DNA of 64,000 nt from Microcoleaceae cyanobacterium (GTDB taxonomy: Bacteria; Cyanobacteriota; Cyanobacteriia; Cyanobacteriales; Microcoleaceae), in the NCBI GenBank assembly GCA_051652765.1, contig JBOFUV010000102.1:1-64000 (forward strand), given 5' to 3'. The notes beneath the pieces are model-generated. The model was not told the origin of the DNA. It ran no database searches and worked only from the letters and a program-made list of their open reading frames with translations. Every line of letters starts with the position of its first letter. Position 1 is the stretch's first letter. Below, piece by piece: positions 1-9,496 of this stretch. The position numbers and the translations under genes are program-made.

Positions 1-203
1 GTATAACTTTCGAGCAGAACCATTTGGGAGTGGTCAACCGCGTTTTCAACCTGAATGTCTCTTTCCCTAAACCACAAATGGGTACTGAATGATGTGATCA
101 GACACAGGAGCGGAATTGCCATTGCGATCGCGCCGCGCTTAGCGAGTGACAGCCTTCGCCATTGCCTTCTGAGGTGTGATAAAGGGGATTTCAAGCGTTG
201 CAT
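1..203 (-). CDS. 5' part of a membrane sensor protein (TM + CHASE3-like start), probably a histidine kinase; runs off window edge
   Basis: Not in ORF track. Hand translation from ATG 203: MQRLKSPLSHLRRQWRRLSLAKRGAIAMAIPLLCLITSFSTHLWFRERDIQVENAVDHSQMVLLESY. Basic N-terminus, hydrophobic helix, then VDHSQMVL resembling the V-x-H-T/S-x-x-V-L start of CHASE3. Confidence 0.65.
   Translation of the reverse strand, partial: MQRLKSPLSHLRRQWRRLSLAKRGAIAMAIPLLCLITSFSTHLWFRERDIQVENAVDHSQMVLLESY
124..131. repeat. HIP1 octamer (representative; recurs throughout the window)
   Basis: GCGATCGC at 124, 1893, 2228 and many other positions, in and between genes. Confidence 0.95.
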
Positions 204-259
204 TCGGTCACCAAGCAACAATTTCAGCAGGGATGGTCTGTAGTCACGCTCAAAATTGA

Positions 260-304
260 GAAAATATCTGAAAAATGTCTGAAAGACATTTTTCAGATAT
301 TTTC
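260..304. repeat. Perfect 21-bp inverted repeat (hairpin, 3-nt loop)
   Basis: gaaaatatctgaaaaatgtct-gaa-agacatttttcagatattttc. Confidence 0.9.
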
Positions 305-542
305 CGATATGATATGGCAATTCTAATCGAGTTGCGACATCGGGCGGTACCAGAAGCTTTGCAGCGCGAACACCTTGCCCCATGAAAAGCAGTAGCTCTA
401 GACTCAAAAAGAACAGGCTTCACAAGATCTGATCCATTCTACGACAACAACTGCAATGAAAGCATCAGAAAATATTTCTAAACCTACAGACTTTAAAATA
501 TCGGCGATAGGTGCTTGAAGATCAGAACAATACTTCATCTAC

Positions 543-767
543 CTAAGCTCGAAATTCTCGTCTTTCTAGATCAATTTTATCTTGCAGTTCTTTGACTTGA
601 GCACAAGCTTTGACGCTGGCTTCTTGCTTAGATGCACTAATGATTGCAGTCACCTCTTCAATCACTGCCAATCTAACCATTTGCCGAATTTTATCGGTTC
701 TGGAAATCCCTTCTTTTTTGGTTTTTTGAAGGTCGGCAGAAATTCTCTGATGTATTATCTCAAGCAT
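543..767 (-). CDS. Short helical hypothetical protein, possibly a truncated member of a conserved cyanobacterial family
   Basis: 74 aa; N-terminal I-x-A-D-L-Q-K-x-K-x-E-G-x-x-R-T-D-K-I-R-Q-M-V resembles, from memory, the start of longer cyanobacterial hypothetical proteins. Confidence 0.45.
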   Translation of the reverse strand: MLEIIHQRISADLQKTKKEGISRTDKIRQMVRLAVIEEVTAIISASKQEASVKACAQVKELQDKIDLERREFRA

Positions 768-1153
768 GTTAAAGTTCGACTGAATATCAGTACGAGCGAC
801 ATTGTAAGTTCTAGAAATTAAACAAATTCAGGCCCAGTCAAAAGTTCGATTGAATATCATTTCAAGCACTAGCAGAAGTCCTGGTAATGATCCAAATTGC
901 ATGAATCACTCCGGGGATATAGCCCAGAAAAGTTAATAGGAGATTAATCCAAAACTGAGTTCCGATACCCACTTGCAAAAATACACCGAGGGGAGGGATG
1001 AAAATAGAGGCCAAAAGACGAAGAATATCCATAATTAACTCCTTAAAGCTTCAATGATTTGTCGAGGTCTATCTCGTTTGTTGAGACTACTATACGGTAT
1101 ACCAGAGAGGCTTTTCGTCCTTCCAAAGATAGATATAGCAATCAGTCATAATT

Positions 1154-1260
1154 TACAGCAGTTTTTGGATTGGTGAGGGACATTTCAGCCACTCAAGTCC
1201 GCCTTTTCAAGGGGGATTTCGGGGATTGTGCTGTATCGCATCTGAACAAAAACGGCTTTA
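1154..1260. mobile_element. Degenerate MITE-like cyanobacterial repeat, copy 1
   Basis: Ends tacagcagttttt... / ...aaaaacggcttta form imperfect TIRs; internal aagggggatttcgggga motif; similar copy at 45474-45589. Confidence 0.55.
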
Positions 1261-1270
1261 TTGTTAATTT

Positions 1271-3319
1271 TCAAGTAGTACTACTAACTTGCGGGGCCAG
1301 TACCCAGGTAAAACGAAAGGTTGCCCCCTGTTCTAATTGAGACTCTAGGTGAATTTGTCCACCGGTTTGCTCAATGATTTTTTTGACGATTGCCAATCCA
1401 ATGCCTGTACTTTCTGTTTGATCGCGGCTAGTCAGGGTTTGGAAAATATCAAACACCCGACTATAGTTTTTAGATGCAATGCCGGGGCCATCATCGGAGA
1501 TGATAAATTCATAGCCCTGAGCTTGATCTAGGGCGTGAACCATAATTTGCACCCGTCCATCGGGGCGGTTATGATGTTTGACGGCGTTGCCAATCAGATT
1601 GGTCAATACTTGGCTGAGCAGTAAGCGGCTCGTGGTTAGGATGGGTGGATCGGGTGGGAACTGGACTGTAAATTCGGGCGGAATATCTAGGGAATTCACG
1701 ATTTCCTCTAGCAACTCCTTGAGGCTGAAGGTTTCGCAAGGAGCCTCCCGATAGCTGATCCGGGCGTAGGCCAGTAATCCATTGATCAAGGCTTCCATGC
1801 GATACACCCGCGATCGCAATAATTCCAAGTTTTGTTTGATGTCTGGAGAGGCTTGGTCTGCCAGATCGTCTTCAAGCCATTCCGACAGATTGGCGATCGC
1901 CCGCAGCGGTGCTTTCAGATCATGGGAAACAATATGGGCAAATTGATCCAGTTCTTGATTGCGTTGATTCAGTAGGGTGGTGGTGTGCAGCAGCAGCCGA
2001 TTCATTTGACTGAGTTCCTGGGTGCGTTCTTGCAGGTTAACTTCGGCCTGCTTGCGAGCTGTAATGTCCTGAGCCATGCCCATCATCCGAATCGGTTTGC
2101 CCTGCTCGTCGTAAAAGGCTCGCCCTTTGGCAAGAATCCAGTGCACCGTCTCATCCGGCCAAATGCTGCGGTACTCGATGTCATACTCTACATGGTCTGT
2201 CACAGTCCGAGTGGCAGCAATGTGAGTGCGATCGCGATCGTCGGGATGGAGTGCTGCCATAAAGCGCTCGTAGCTCATTTCAGTCTCAGGATCGAGGCCG
2301 AACAAGGTCTTGCAACGAGCAGTCCAGACCAATTTATCTTCGACTAAATTCCAGAACCACATGCCAATGTCTGCTGCTTCGGTGGCCAGACGCAATCGTT
2401 CCTCGCTCAGTTGTAGCAATTCCTCAATCTGTTTGCGATCAGTGATATCTTGCAACATACCAACCATGCGGAATGGCTCACCCGCACTGTTAGCATAAAA
2501 TCGCCCAAATCCTGCCACCCAGTGCACACTGCCATCCTCCCAAATCACCCGGTATTCGGCGGAGTAGTCCGTACCTGTTGCAATGGCATTCTGAACCGCA
2601 GCTTCCGTTGCGGCCAAATCGTCTGGATGAACCCGCCTTGCCCAGTCTTCATAGGTACGTTCTGGTGTACCGGGCTCATAGCTCAACAGAATCTCGTGAT
2701 AGGTACTCCAAATAATGTTTTGATGCTCTAAATCCCAGTCCCACGACCCCATCTGGGCAGCATCCATCGCCAAGCTAATCCGTTCCGCATAGTGCTGTGC
2801 CTGCGCTATAGACCGTTCCAGTTCGGCGGTGCGCCGAGCTACCCTGGCTTCCAACTCTTGATTCAGTTGGCGTACTTCAGCTTCGGCTTGCTGGCGATCG
2901 CGAATTTGCTGCTGTAGCTCCTGGTTAATTGTAGCTAGCTGGGTTGGACTGGGCAACGCCAACACTTGAGGCATCAACTTCACCAGCACAATAGCGGTGT
3001 ATAAGGAGATTATGGCAGTGATGGCTTTGATTGTTCCAGATAACCAGTAGGTCGGATGCCAGAGCGTCCAAACCTCCATCAGGTGCATGGTGCCGCAGGA
3101 AACAATAAACGCACCAAACAAGAGAAAAATCCAATTGAAAGGTAAATCCTTGCGTTTCTGGACAAAATAAAGCAGGGTCAGGGGGATAGAGTAATACGCC
3201 AGAGCGATCACTGAGTCAGAGAGAAGATGCAGCCAAACCAACCCAGGTCGCCAGAGATAGCAGTGTCCATGGGGAATGAAAGAACCGGATGAAAACAGCG
3301 TTGCGATCAGTTCTGCCAT
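1271..3319 (-). CDS. Sensor histidine kinase with N-terminal ETR1-like (ethylene-receptor-type) membrane domain, two PAS/PAC, HisKA, HATPase
   Basis: SDSVIALAYYSIP and CGTMH match ETR1 helix I and C-x3-H; two WxW...HPDD...EYR PAS repeats; H-box SHDLKAPL; N box NLIGNAVK; G boxes DDGPGI and GTGIGL-like (STGIGLAIV). Confidence 0.9.
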   Translation of the reverse strand: MAELIATLFSSGSFIPHGHCYLWRPGLVWLHLLSDSVIALAYYSIPLTLLYFVQKRKDLPFNWIFLLFGAFIVSCGTMHLMEVWTLWHPTYWLSGTIKAITAIISLYTAIVLVKLMPQVLALPSPTQLATINQELQQQIRDRQQAEAEVRQLNQELEARVARRTAELERSIAQAQHYAERISLAMDAAQMGSWDWDLEHQNIIWSTYHEILLSYEPGTPERTYEDWARRVHPDDLAATEAAVQNAIATGTDYSAEYRVIWEDGSVHWVAGFGRFYANSAGEPFRMVGMLQDITDRKQIEELLQLSEERLRLATEAADIGMWFWNLVEDKLVWTARCKTLFGLDPETEMSYERFMAALHPDDRDRTHIAATRTVTDHVEYDIEYRSIWPDETVHWILAKGRAFYDEQGKPIRMMGMAQDITARKQAEVNLQERTQELSQMNRLLLHTTTLLNQRNQELDQFAHIVSHDLKAPLRAIANLSEWLEDDLADQASPDIKQNLELLRSRVYRMEALINGLLAYARISYREAPCETFSLKELLEEIVNSLDIPPEFTVQFPPDPPILTTSRLLLSQVLTNLIGNAVKHHNRPDGRVQIMVHALDQAQGYEFIISDDGPGIASKNYSRVFDIFQTLTSRDQTESTGIGLAIVKKIIEQTGGQIHLESQLEQGATFRFTWVLAPQVSSTT

Positions 3320-3633
3320 CGCATCTCCTTATACCTGCTCAAGATCCCCATACTTACCCAAAGTCCCCAGCATTTCTGAGATATTGGGGATCTAGATCGA
3401 TCAATTTTGTTGTTCAGATTCAAGTAAGATTGTCACCCCTACCAGTCTACCTTGCCAAACAAGGATCGCTTACTATCCCTAAAGATAGATTTATGCTCAG
3501 ATCCTTTATGATAAACCTACGCCGCTGGATAGACGGTTTCACTTCTCATTCCAATGTTGAATAATCTTAGGCATGGGTGTCTCGAAAGACATCGGGTGTC
3601 TGGAGCCCAGTCAACCTATTTGGTTATCACCCA

Positions 3634-4374
3634 ATGAATCATATTCGCGTTGCCCTCATCGAAGATCACGACGTTGTGCGGATTGGCCTACGCACTACTC
3701 TAGAAAGCCAGAATGATATTCAAGTCGTTGGAGAAGCGGCCAGCGGCACCCAAGGGTTGAAGCTCTTGCAAACCACCCAGCCCGATGTCGCAATTGTTGA
3801 TATCGGGTTGCCGGGAATGGACGGGATTGAGCTGACCCGAAAGTTCCGCGAGTTTCAGTCGGATCATGAAGACGTTGCAACCAAAGTCTTAATTTTGACC
3901 ATGCAAGGCAATGAAGAGAGCGTGTTAGCCTCATTTGCGGCGGGTGCTGATTCCTACTGCATGAAAGATATGGGGATGGAACGCATGGTCGAAGCAATCA
4001 GAATGACTCACAGTGGCAATCCTTGGATCGATCCGGCGATCGCCAGTATTGTGCTGCGACAGATGCGGCAGTCTATTTCCAAAGCTACGTCCAAAGCTAC
4101 GTCCAAAGCCGCCCATGAAAGTGATCGCACCGTTGAAATTCGGGCGCTGGAGGCAGACTATGAAGACATCTTGCAAGCTTACCCACTGACGACGCGGGAG
4201 CAGGAAATTCTTGAACTGATGGTCAACGGTTGCAGCAATCTCATGATTGCCGAGCGTCTATTCATCACAGTCGGTACTGTCAAAACCCATGTTCGGAATA
4301 TTTTGAGCAAGCTTTGTGCCAACGATCGGACTGAAGCTGCGGTGAGAGCCCTGCGATCGGGCATTGTTTCCTAG
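3634..4374 (+). CDS. NarL/LuxR-family response regulator
   Basis: REC domain (IEDH, VDIGLPGMDG) plus LuxR HTH (LTTREQEIL...TVKTHVRNILSKL); ATG 3634 preferred over upstream GTG. Confidence 0.92.
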   Translation: MNHIRVALIEDHDVVRIGLRTTLESQNDIQVVGEAASGTQGLKLLQTTQPDVAIVDIGLPGMDGIELTRKFREFQSDHEDVATKVLILTMQGNEESVLASFAAGADSYCMKDMGMERMVEAIRMTHSGNPWIDPAIASIVLRQMRQSISKATSKATSKAAHESDRTVEIRALEADYEDILQAYPLTTREQEILELMVNGCSNLMIAERLFITVGTVKTHVRNILSKLCANDRTEAAVRALRSGIVS

Positions 4375-4609
4375 ATTAGAACAGTGAACAATTCAAATTC
4401 AGCTTTAATCCAGCTTTAATCCAGCCTCTATTTCTCTATCAATCGGAAGAATACCTAGCTCATGACTAGCAAGTTGTCTATCCCAATCGACGCGAAGTAA
4501 ATGAATCATTGGGTAGATAAAGCAATTGAATCGTTTCGATATATTTGGGATATTGCAAACGCGATCAAGCTTGCTTAATCAAGTCATTAACGATGAGATC
4601 GAAAATATT

Positions 4610-4957
4610 ATGACCACTCAAACTTCTCAAACCACCCCAGACCCAAATAGTTCCTCTAAAGCCGCAATTCCGCCGGATCAACAAGGAACTGAATCCTACG
4701 ATAACCCTACCCCAGACAGCTATGATGCCCATATTATCCCGGCAGAAACAGCAGCCAGGAAAGAACGTGAGGGTGAAAATTTTAAGCATTTGGATAGACA
4801 CCCACCTGGCTCTGAGAGCATCAATACAACTGGCGGTTTTACAGTCGATAAAGAAGGGCTAATTGATAACTTTGCGATTGAACCGGAAATGTATTATGAA
4901 ACCCCCGGAGACTTGGCAGATCAGGAAGGCGAAGCGGTAGAACAACCCAAACAGTAA
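4610..4957 (+). CDS. Acidic hypothetical protein (cyanobacterial, probable stress protein)
   Basis: Hydrophilic ORF with IIPAETAARKEREG and GFTVDKEGLIDNFAIEPEMY segments; ATG 4610 preferred. Confidence 0.7.
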   Translation: MTTQTSQTTPDPNSSSKAAIPPDQQGTESYDNPTPDSYDAHIIPAETAARKEREGENFKHLDRHPPGSESINTTGGFTVDKEGLIDNFAIEPEMYYETPGDLADQEGEAVEQPKQ

Positions 4958-5257
4958 CTGAATCAGAACTGAACCGGAACTGGGTCGCCAATACAGGAGA
5001 GACAACCCAGTGTCGGACATTGAGCTTTAATACAGCCTCAGTGTGAACTCAGTACTTATCTATTTGAGCGCAATTTGAGCACAATAAGTCGATCTAGCGA
5101 TCGCAGTGATTTGTGAAGTGTTTGTGGTGCAAGCATCTTGCCTACCCAGGCTAGCTACACATTCTACATTCACGCATCAAATCAGATTCCAATAAATTTG
5201 GCTCTGCCTGCTCCATTACTTCCATTACTAAAGTCATTCAATCAAGAGGAATTCGTC

Positions 5258-5524
5258 ATGAGTATCATTACCTGGATTATTTTGGGTCTCCTCGCCGGGG
5301 CGATCGCTAAAGCAATCGTCCCCGGTCATCAAGGTGGCGGCTGGCTGGCAACGATGGTCTTAGGCGTCGTCGGTGCTTTTATCGGGGGCAGCTTGCATAG
5401 TCTGCTCCAGACTGGAACTCTGCAAATCGCTGCAACCAGTCTGACTGTTCCTGGAGTTGCGATCGCAGTTCTAGGTGCAATTATCGCGATTTTCATCTAC
5501 GGTGCCCTGGCTCGCAACACTTGA
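5258..5524 (+). CDS. GlsB/YeaQ/YmgE family (transglycosylase-associated) membrane stress protein
   Basis: MSIITWIILGLLAGAIAKAIVPG...GVVGAFIGG signature; SD gagga upstream of ATG 5258. Confidence 0.9.
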   Translation: MSIITWIILGLLAGAIAKAIVPGHQGGGWLATMVLGVVGAFIGGSLHSLLQTGTLQIAATSLTVPGVAIAVLGAIIAIFIYGALARNT

Positions 5525-5582
5525 TGAATTGATGAATTAATACCAAGTCTGGTTCTGCAAGCAGCATTCCATCAAACAGGCC

Positions 5583-5604
5583 CCTTCCCCTTGGCAGGGG
5601 AAGG
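5583..5604 (+). terminator. Hairpin downstream of GlsB-family gene
   Basis: ccttcccc-ttggca-ggggaagg; no clear U-tract. Confidence 0.4.
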
Positions 5605-5644
5605 TAACGCAAACGATAGCAACCTCTAAATTACTAAAATCTCT

Positions 5645-7177
5645 ATGCATTCCCTTACTGGCAAACCCATTTCCTATTGGATTGACTCAACTCCGGAGAC
5701 AAGCTTCCCACCCTTAAATCACGATATGGCTGTTGATGTCGCAATTGTTGGCGGTGGCATTGCTGGGCTAACCACCGCCATGCTGCTAAAAAGAGCGGGT
5801 AAGACGGTCGCTGTGATTGAATCTCAAAAAATAGCAGCAGGAGTCAGCGGTCATACGACTGCCAAAGTCACCTCTCTGCATCAGTTGATTTATGCTGATC
5901 TAGTCCAAAATCTTGGGATTGACAAAGCCCGAATTTATGCAGAGTCTAACCAGGCAGCTCTCGAGCGGGTTGCCAAATTTGTAGATGAAGAGGGCATTGA
6001 TTGTGACTTCAGCCGCAGGAGCGCCTACACCTTCACAGAATCTGAAGCTGGGCTAAAACAGATTGAAAAAGAAGTTGATGCTGCCCTAAAGCTGGGTTTA
6101 CCCGCCACTTTTGTGCAGGAAACCTCGTTGCCATTTGCGATCGCCGGAGCAGTCAAGTTCGATCACCAAGCTCAATTTCACCCCCGCAAATACCTATGGC
6201 ATCTGGCTCAGGATCTACAAGGGGATGGCAGCTTCGTGTTTGAAGACACGCGAGTTGTCAATGTTGAAGAAGGGATGCCTTGCCGGGTGATGACTCATCA
6301 AGGGGTTGTTTCAGCCCCCAAAGTCGTGATCACAACTCACCTCCCTATCCTAGACAGCGGCCTCTTTTTCGCGAAAACCTATCCCAAACGCTCTTATATC
6401 GTCGGAGCCCGGATCGATCCCAACCGAGCACCCGAGGGAATGTTTATTGGCAGCGGTGACGGCTACTTCTCCATTCGTACCACCCCTGACCGCGATGGCT
6501 TATTGCTGCTTGTTGGTGGCGGTGGGCATAAGGTAGGGGAGGTTACTAAAACGGAGGAGCAGTACCAAAAAGTAGAGGACTTTGCTCGGCAACGTTTTGG
6601 CATTGACACCTTTGATTATCGCTGGTCAACCCAAGATATGGTGTCTTTTGATCAGTTGCCCTACATCGGCAAACTTTTACCGCTCAACCCTCATATTTAT
6701 GTGGCAACCGGGTTTAGCCTGTGGGGAATGACAAAGGGAACATTGTCTGGAATGCTGCTTTCAGACTTGATCTTAGGCATTGATAATCCCTGGACTGATC
6801 TGTATGATTCCACTCGAATCACGCCCTTTGCAACTCCAGCAGGAATCAAGCAAACCATTAGTGTGGGTATGCATTGGGTTGGCGATCGCCTGAAAGGACT
6901 CGGCACATCAGCCCTCTCTGAGATGACACCGGGGGAAGCAAAACTAGTGACGATCAACGGTGAAAAGCTGGGAGCCTATCGGGATGAACAGGGATCGATC
7001 CATACTGTTTCTGCGGTATGTTCTCATTTGGGCTGCATCCTCGCGTGGAACAGTGCTGAGAAAAGTTGGGACTGTCCTTGCCACGGTTCCCGTTTTGGCT
7101 GTAACGGTGAAGTACTTCATGGCCCAGCCGTGAAAGACTTGAAGGGGGTTCAGGCCCAAGCCACTGTAAATCAGTAA
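5645..7177 (+). CDS. FAD-dependent oxidoreductase with C-terminal Rieske [2Fe-2S] domain (YhfW-like)
   Basis: GGGIAG FAD motif; Rieske motifs CSHLGC and CPCHGS. Confidence 0.92.
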   Translation: MHSLTGKPISYWIDSTPETSFPPLNHDMAVDVAIVGGGIAGLTTAMLLKRAGKTVAVIESQKIAAGVSGHTTAKVTSLHQLIYADLVQNLGIDKARIYAESNQAALERVAKFVDEEGIDCDFSRRSAYTFTESEAGLKQIEKEVDAALKLGLPATFVQETSLPFAIAGAVKFDHQAQFHPRKYLWHLAQDLQGDGSFVFEDTRVVNVEEGMPCRVMTHQGVVSAPKVVITTHLPILDSGLFFAKTYPKRSYIVGARIDPNRAPEGMFIGSGDGYFSIRTTPDRDGLLLLVGGGGHKVGEVTKTEEQYQKVEDFARQRFGIDTFDYRWSTQDMVSFDQLPYIGKLLPLNPHIYVATGFSLWGMTKGTLSGMLLSDLILGIDNPWTDLYDSTRITPFATPAGIKQTISVGMHWVGDRLKGLGTSALSEMTPGEAKLVTINGEKLGAYRDEQGSIHTVSAVCSHLGCILAWNSAEKSWDCPCHGSRFGCNGEVLHGPAVKDLKGVQAQATVNQ

Positions 7178-7283
7178 GGGACACTAACTGCTGATTACAA
7201 GATGGCAGGATTTTATAGAACTCATTGTAGAAATCATTTGGGATTGCTATAAAATCTTGGTGAAGCAGAGGACTGGGCAGCCA

Positions 7284-8342
7284 ATGAAGCGTCTTGTGGT
7301 GTGTTGTGATGGAACCTGGAAAAAACTGGATGCACCTTGCCCAACTAATGTCTTAAAAGTTGCCCAGACTGTCAAGTCGGTTGCTGGGGACGGTGTGTCT
7401 CAGATTGTGTTCTACGATGAAGGAATTGGAACAGAGGGCAACTCGCTGGACGTGCTTTTAGGAGGAGCTTTTGGCCAGGGAATTGACCGCAACATTCAGG
7501 ACGCTTATCGTTTCCTGTGTTTCAACTATAGTCTTGGGGACGAAATTTATCTCTTTGGATTTAGTCGAGGGGCTTACACGGTTCGGAGTCTAGCAGGTAT
7601 GATCTATAACTCTGGCCTATTAACCCGTTCTCATATTCGCCTTGCTTCAACGGCCTACGAACTCTATCGAGACGATGTGATTATGCCCAATGACCCTGTA
7701 ATGGAGAGCTTTCGCAAACAGCATTGCATTTCGGGGACTGTAGAATACCGTGTACCCATCACGCTTCTGGGATGCTGGGAAACCGTGGGTGCATTGGGGC
7801 TTCCAGAAGTGACAGTACTCCAGAGAATTTCTCAAAGACTAAACCAACGCTATCAGTTCCATGACACCTCCCTGAGTCCAATTATCCAACATGCGCTCCA
7901 TGCCGTGGGGATTGACGAGCTGCGTCAGATCTTTTGTATCACTCCCATGAACAAAAGTTGTCATTCAGACACTCAAGTCATGCATCAGGTTTGGTTTCCA
8001 GGGGATCACACGAGTGTAGGCGGAGGGTTAGAACAGCTTCAGGGGTTATCTGATCGGTGTTTGCAATGGATGATCACCTCAATCCAAGATCTGGGGTTGG
8101 GTTTAGACCTTGATTTAGAGGTAATTCCAACTGGGTTTCAACCTGATCCAATGATTGATTTTGCTTCGAATTGGCTCACTCGGTTGACTCAACTCGGGGG
8201 ACTGAAGCCACGAGAATTGAGCGATCGCTTTGAAGATTTAGATGAGAGTGTGATTCAACGTTGGCAAAACCGTTCAGACTATCGACCTGAAAACCTAGCT
8301 CAAAAACACGGCAACCAATTGGATAGGCTACCACAGGACTAG
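7284..8342 (+). CDS. DUF2235 (Tle1-like) alpha/beta hydrolase
   Basis: KRLVVCCDGTW, GFSRGAYT nucleophile motif, QVWFPGDH. Confidence 0.88.
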   Translation: MKRLVVCCDGTWKKLDAPCPTNVLKVAQTVKSVAGDGVSQIVFYDEGIGTEGNSLDVLLGGAFGQGIDRNIQDAYRFLCFNYSLGDEIYLFGFSRGAYTVRSLAGMIYNSGLLTRSHIRLASTAYELYRDDVIMPNDPVMESFRKQHCISGTVEYRVPITLLGCWETVGALGLPEVTVLQRISQRLNQRYQFHDTSLSPIIQHALHAVGIDELRQIFCITPMNKSCHSDTQVMHQVWFPGDHTSVGGGLEQLQGLSDRCLQWMITSIQDLGLGLDLDLEVIPTGFQPDPMIDFASNWLTRLTQLGGLKPRELSDRFEDLDESVIQRWQNRSDYRPENLAQKHGNQLDRLPQD

Positions 8343-8440
8343 AAGTAACATTGGCAGATTTTGAAGCCTATTTTGATCACAATAAAAGTTGCTGGTATAG
8401 TTAAAGATCTACTGATCTGAAAATCACTGTAAGGTCAGCG

Positions 8441-9223
8441 TTAGGAATCCATTCTAGGATCTTCGGCCTTGATGCCTAGGGATTTTAACTCCTGAGGTTC
8501 AGGGATTTTGACAAAATCCTTCTGTTTCTCCTTGACCTTGAGCGGGATCTTAAGGGGCTCAGGTTGGTCAATCCAACAACTCGCTAACGGCAAAGTTTGC
8601 TCCAAATCATCTAAGGGTCGGGGGATGACCATCACTGCATTTAACTCTCCAATCCGTTCGGCTTCGTGCATCCCAATTTCTATTGCAACTGCCACGTTGG
8701 TAACAGATCCCCGAATAATTGCTGTACATAGCCCAGCTCCAATGGTTTCATAGGAGGCAAAATACACTTCTGCTGCCTTCAACATCGCATCTGCTGCGCC
8801 AACCATGGCCGGAAAACCTCGGGTTTCTAGTAAGCCGACAGCTTGGTTACTCAAGCGACTATGACCCCCACTAATTGCAAGTTGGGAGAGGCGGGTACTG
8901 ATGGGGAGAACATATTCTAGATTGGGCAAGGGTCGCGGAATCACCAAAGAGGACTGAAGTTGACCTAGCTGCTCGGCAATCCTGCGTCCAGCCTCTACCG
9001 CCAGACGAATTTCAGCAAAACGCCCCCGCACAATTGCAGTACAGTACCCCTCGCCAATTTTTTCATAGCCGACTAGATGGACATTGGAAGACTTCAGCAT
9101 CATATCTGCCACTCCCACAATTGCTGGAAAACTGCGGGTAGATACTAGACCCAACGCCAAGTCCTGAAACTCTGGCCGGAGGAACTGTTGATCAGGCGTA
9201 GAACTCTGTAGATTTAGATCCAT
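8441..9223 (-). CDS. ccmO: Carboxysome shell protein CcmO (tandem BMC domains)
   Basis: Two BMC repeats: LGLVSTRSFPAIVGVADMMLKS and VGLLETRGFPAMVGAADAMLKA; start could be TTG 9274. Confidence 0.88.
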   Translation of the reverse strand: MDLNLQSSTPDQQFLRPEFQDLALGLVSTRSFPAIVGVADMMLKSSNVHLVGYEKIGEGYCTAIVRGRFAEIRLAVEAGRRIAEQLGQLQSSLVIPRPLPNLEYVLPISTRLSQLAISGGHSRLSNQAVGLLETRGFPAMVGAADAMLKAAEVYFASYETIGAGLCTAIIRGSVTNVAVAIEIGMHEAERIGELNAVMVIPRPLDDLEQTLPLASCWIDQPEPLKIPLKVKEKQKDFVKIPEPQELKSLGIKAEDPRMDS

Positions 9224-9293
9224 TTGGCGGTTGGGCTGAGGGAGTAGGGACTCGGGGATAGGGGCAAGTTTCAAGGGTGAACTATTCTTAATC

Positions 9294-9341
9294 TTAAAGG
9301 GTTTTCATTTTAAAGGGCTTTTACTTTAAAGGGTTTTTATT
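9294..9341. repeat. Imperfect 16-bp tandem repeat x3 in the ccmO/thiO divergent region
   Basis: ttaaagggttttcatt / ttaaagggcttttact / ttaaagggtttttatt. Confidence 0.75.
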
Positions 9342-9496
9342 GAATTGTAGGTTAGTCACCCACTCGTTTTTGAGAGCGTCGTCGCAGACAGAATTGGCAA
9401 GTACAGCAACGCTCTAAATTCTTACTTAAGTTTTAGGTTGAATTTTAAAAGGCTTTGATAGGATTAACGGTGTTCTGGCCTCGTGGTTAGCTGCTC

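Noticed and set aside
55..243. 62-aa + strand ORF
   Set aside because: Shadow of the more convincing - strand sensor ORF (1-203)
7284..8342. T6SS Tle1 effector locus
   Set aside because: No vgrG, PAAR or immunity gene nearby; DUF2235 is common outside T6SS
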